Assembly (NCBI GenBank): GCA_951804945.1
Contig: OX638149.1
Span: 63,364,001-63,428,000 of the forward strand
Direction: 5' to 3'
DNA from: Podarcis cretensis
Lineage: Eukaryota
DNA: 64,000 nt
The position numbers were made by a program, and so were the translations under genes. Under the pieces are notes generated by a model that made no database searches, had not been told where the DNA came from, and saw nothing but the letters and a program-made list of their open reading frames with translations. Below are positions 62,256 to 64,000 of the stretch, one piece after another. Within the stretch, counting starts at the first letter, position 1. Each line of letters opens with the position of its first letter.

Positions 62256-63108
62256 TTATACCCCGCCCATCTGGCTGAGTTTCCCCAGCCACTCTGGGCG
62301 GCTTCCAATAAAGTGTTAAAAACAATACAGCATTAAATTTTAAAAACTTCCCTAAACAGAGCTGCCTTCAGATGTCTTTTAAAGATAAGATAGCTACTTA
62401 TTTCCTTCACATCTGAAGGGAGGGTATTCCACAGGGTGGGCGCCACTACCGAGAAGGCCCTCTGTCTGGTTCCCTCTAATCTCACTTCTCTCAATGAGGG
62501 AACCACCAGAAGTCCCTCGGCGCTGGATCTCAGTGTCCGGGCTGAACGATGGGGGTGGAGACGCTCCTTCAGGTATACTGGACCGAGGCCATTTAGGGCT
62601 TTAAAGGTCAGCACCAACACTTTGAATTGTGCTCGGAAACGTACTGGGAGCCAATGCAGAAAACGTACTGGGAAACAATCCCCACGTAGAGCACATTGCA
62701 GTAGTCCAAGTGGGAAATAACTAGAGCATGCACCACTCTGGCAAGACAGTCCGCAGGCAGGTAGGGTCTCAGCCTGCGTACCAGGTGGAGCTGGTAGACA
62801 GCCGCCCTGGACACAGAATTAACCTGCACCTCCATGGACAGCTGTGAGTGTGCACCTGGTCCTTCAGGGGCACAGTTACCCCATTCAGGACCAAGGAGTC
62901 CCCCACACCGACCCGCCCCCTATCCCCCCAAAACAGTACTTCTGTCTTGTCAGGATTCAACCTCAATCTGTTGGCCACCACCCATCCTCCAACCACCTCC
63001 AGGCACTCACACAGGACCTTCACTGCCTTCACTGGTTCTGATTTAAAAGAGAGGTAGAGCTGGGTGTCATCTGCATACTGGTGAACACCCAGCCCAAACC
63101 CCCTTATG
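62212..63108 (-). mobile_element. L2 LINE, 5'-truncated, with internal deletions
   Basis: HQYADDTQLYLSF...W..ANRLRLNPDKTEVL; LVHALVISHLDYCN; LTFKALNGLGP.YL...RTLRS...RAFSVVAPTLWNTLP; (ATT)n tail. Confidence 0.93.
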
Positions 63109-63313
63109 AACAGTGCCCCAAGCTCCAAGCCCCTCTAGACGGTCCAGAAGGATGTTATGAGATGAGGAACATATGAGGAAAAATTCAAGGGTGTATGTAC
63201 TCTTTCATTCAAGATCATAATGGAGTTTGGGGAAAATGTGAACGATCTGTGATAAGATCTTAATTGCCACTGGTCAGCTAATTGCTTTATGGCCCCAATT
63301 AGCCCCAGTATAA

Positions 63314-63838
63314 TGTGGTCCGGCACGCTTCCCAGCTCAGCCAAGCCGCGCAGACCTTCTTCTCTCCGGTTTCGCCTTGCAGAGTAAAAACACAGCGGAT
63401 CAAAACTGTTGCAGTCTGCTTCAGATCCAGACAAACACACCAAGCACCTGTTTGTCCAAATTCATCAGTTCTTTATTGCAGCAAATATTTACAGCTCAGC
63501 ATTTCTCAGATTCTCCTGGACTGCTAGCATTCATGGCGTCCGTCTCTCTCAGAGACAAAGAGAGAACAACAAGTAGAGCTCCTCCCTCCTTCCAAACGTC
63601 AGAAGAATGGGAGGCACAACTCAGAACAAAATTAACCCAGTAAGTTCTGAATCCCAACACTATTATAGTCATATAAGTTCTCCATATTAATGGTAGCATT
63701 CATATCAACTTTAGAGTCTTTCCCCATGTGTATTCATAGCCAATTCCAGGATGGAGTCATTTGGTGCACCACCCCACCAGGAACACTGGATTATCTACAT
63801 GGCAACATTCCAGAAAACAGGCTTTTAGATTCCTGACA
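63314..63838 (-). mobile_element. Probable solo LTR
   Basis: Minus strand begins TGTCAGGA (like the 20520 LTR terminus) and ends GGACCACA; AATAAA on minus at ~63472; ATAAT at both junctions but overlapping the TG/CA ends. Confidence 0.5.
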
Positions 63839-64000
63839 TAATAGCTTCTATTTAAACAATAAGAGCTGGTTTCTGAATAGGAAACATTCTGTTAAAAGTA
63901 ATCAGTGGTGGCTCAGCTAATCTGCCTTGTTTTCCCTCAGATCTCCCCTAGTTCAGGATGAATTTATTCATAACAAAACAAAACAAAACCTGCTAGATGA

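Noticed and set aside
1-64000. Prokaryotic systems (CRISPR arrays, operons, defence loci)
   Set aside because: The sequence is vertebrate repeat-rich DNA with no regularly spaced repeats or gene-dense regions

Overview
Vertebrate, repeat-rich, apparently non-coding DNA (large intron or gene desert). I recognised no host protein-coding exon. The repeat complement (Sauria/Squam1 SINEs, Squam3-type SINEs with (CTT)n tails, Bov-B RTE, L2, CR1, lizard-type L1, many Tigger/pogo-type and hAT MITEs, solo LTRs) points to a squamate, most likely a lacertid lizard (inference). Family names are from recalled consensus features, not from a database search. The most notable content is three full-length, TSD-flanked, poly(A)-tailed retroposons that lack any reverse transcriptase and appear to be L1-dependent. 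(i) 38602-40422 (+), 1.8 kb, carries one intact 188-aa ORF with a coiled-coil-like N-terminus (HAL1/half-L1-like). (ii) 25745-26644 (+), 0.9 kb, is a 5'UTR+3'UTR-only element that shares the same 5' promoter and sits inside the poly(A) signal of a related L1. (iii) 44149-45265 (-), 1.1 kb, begins with a consensus-like CTCF site followed by a YY1 motif. Also present are several nested insertions, a Tigger1-like end, a short bipartite RTE-like element, a long hairpin and some CNE-like blocks.
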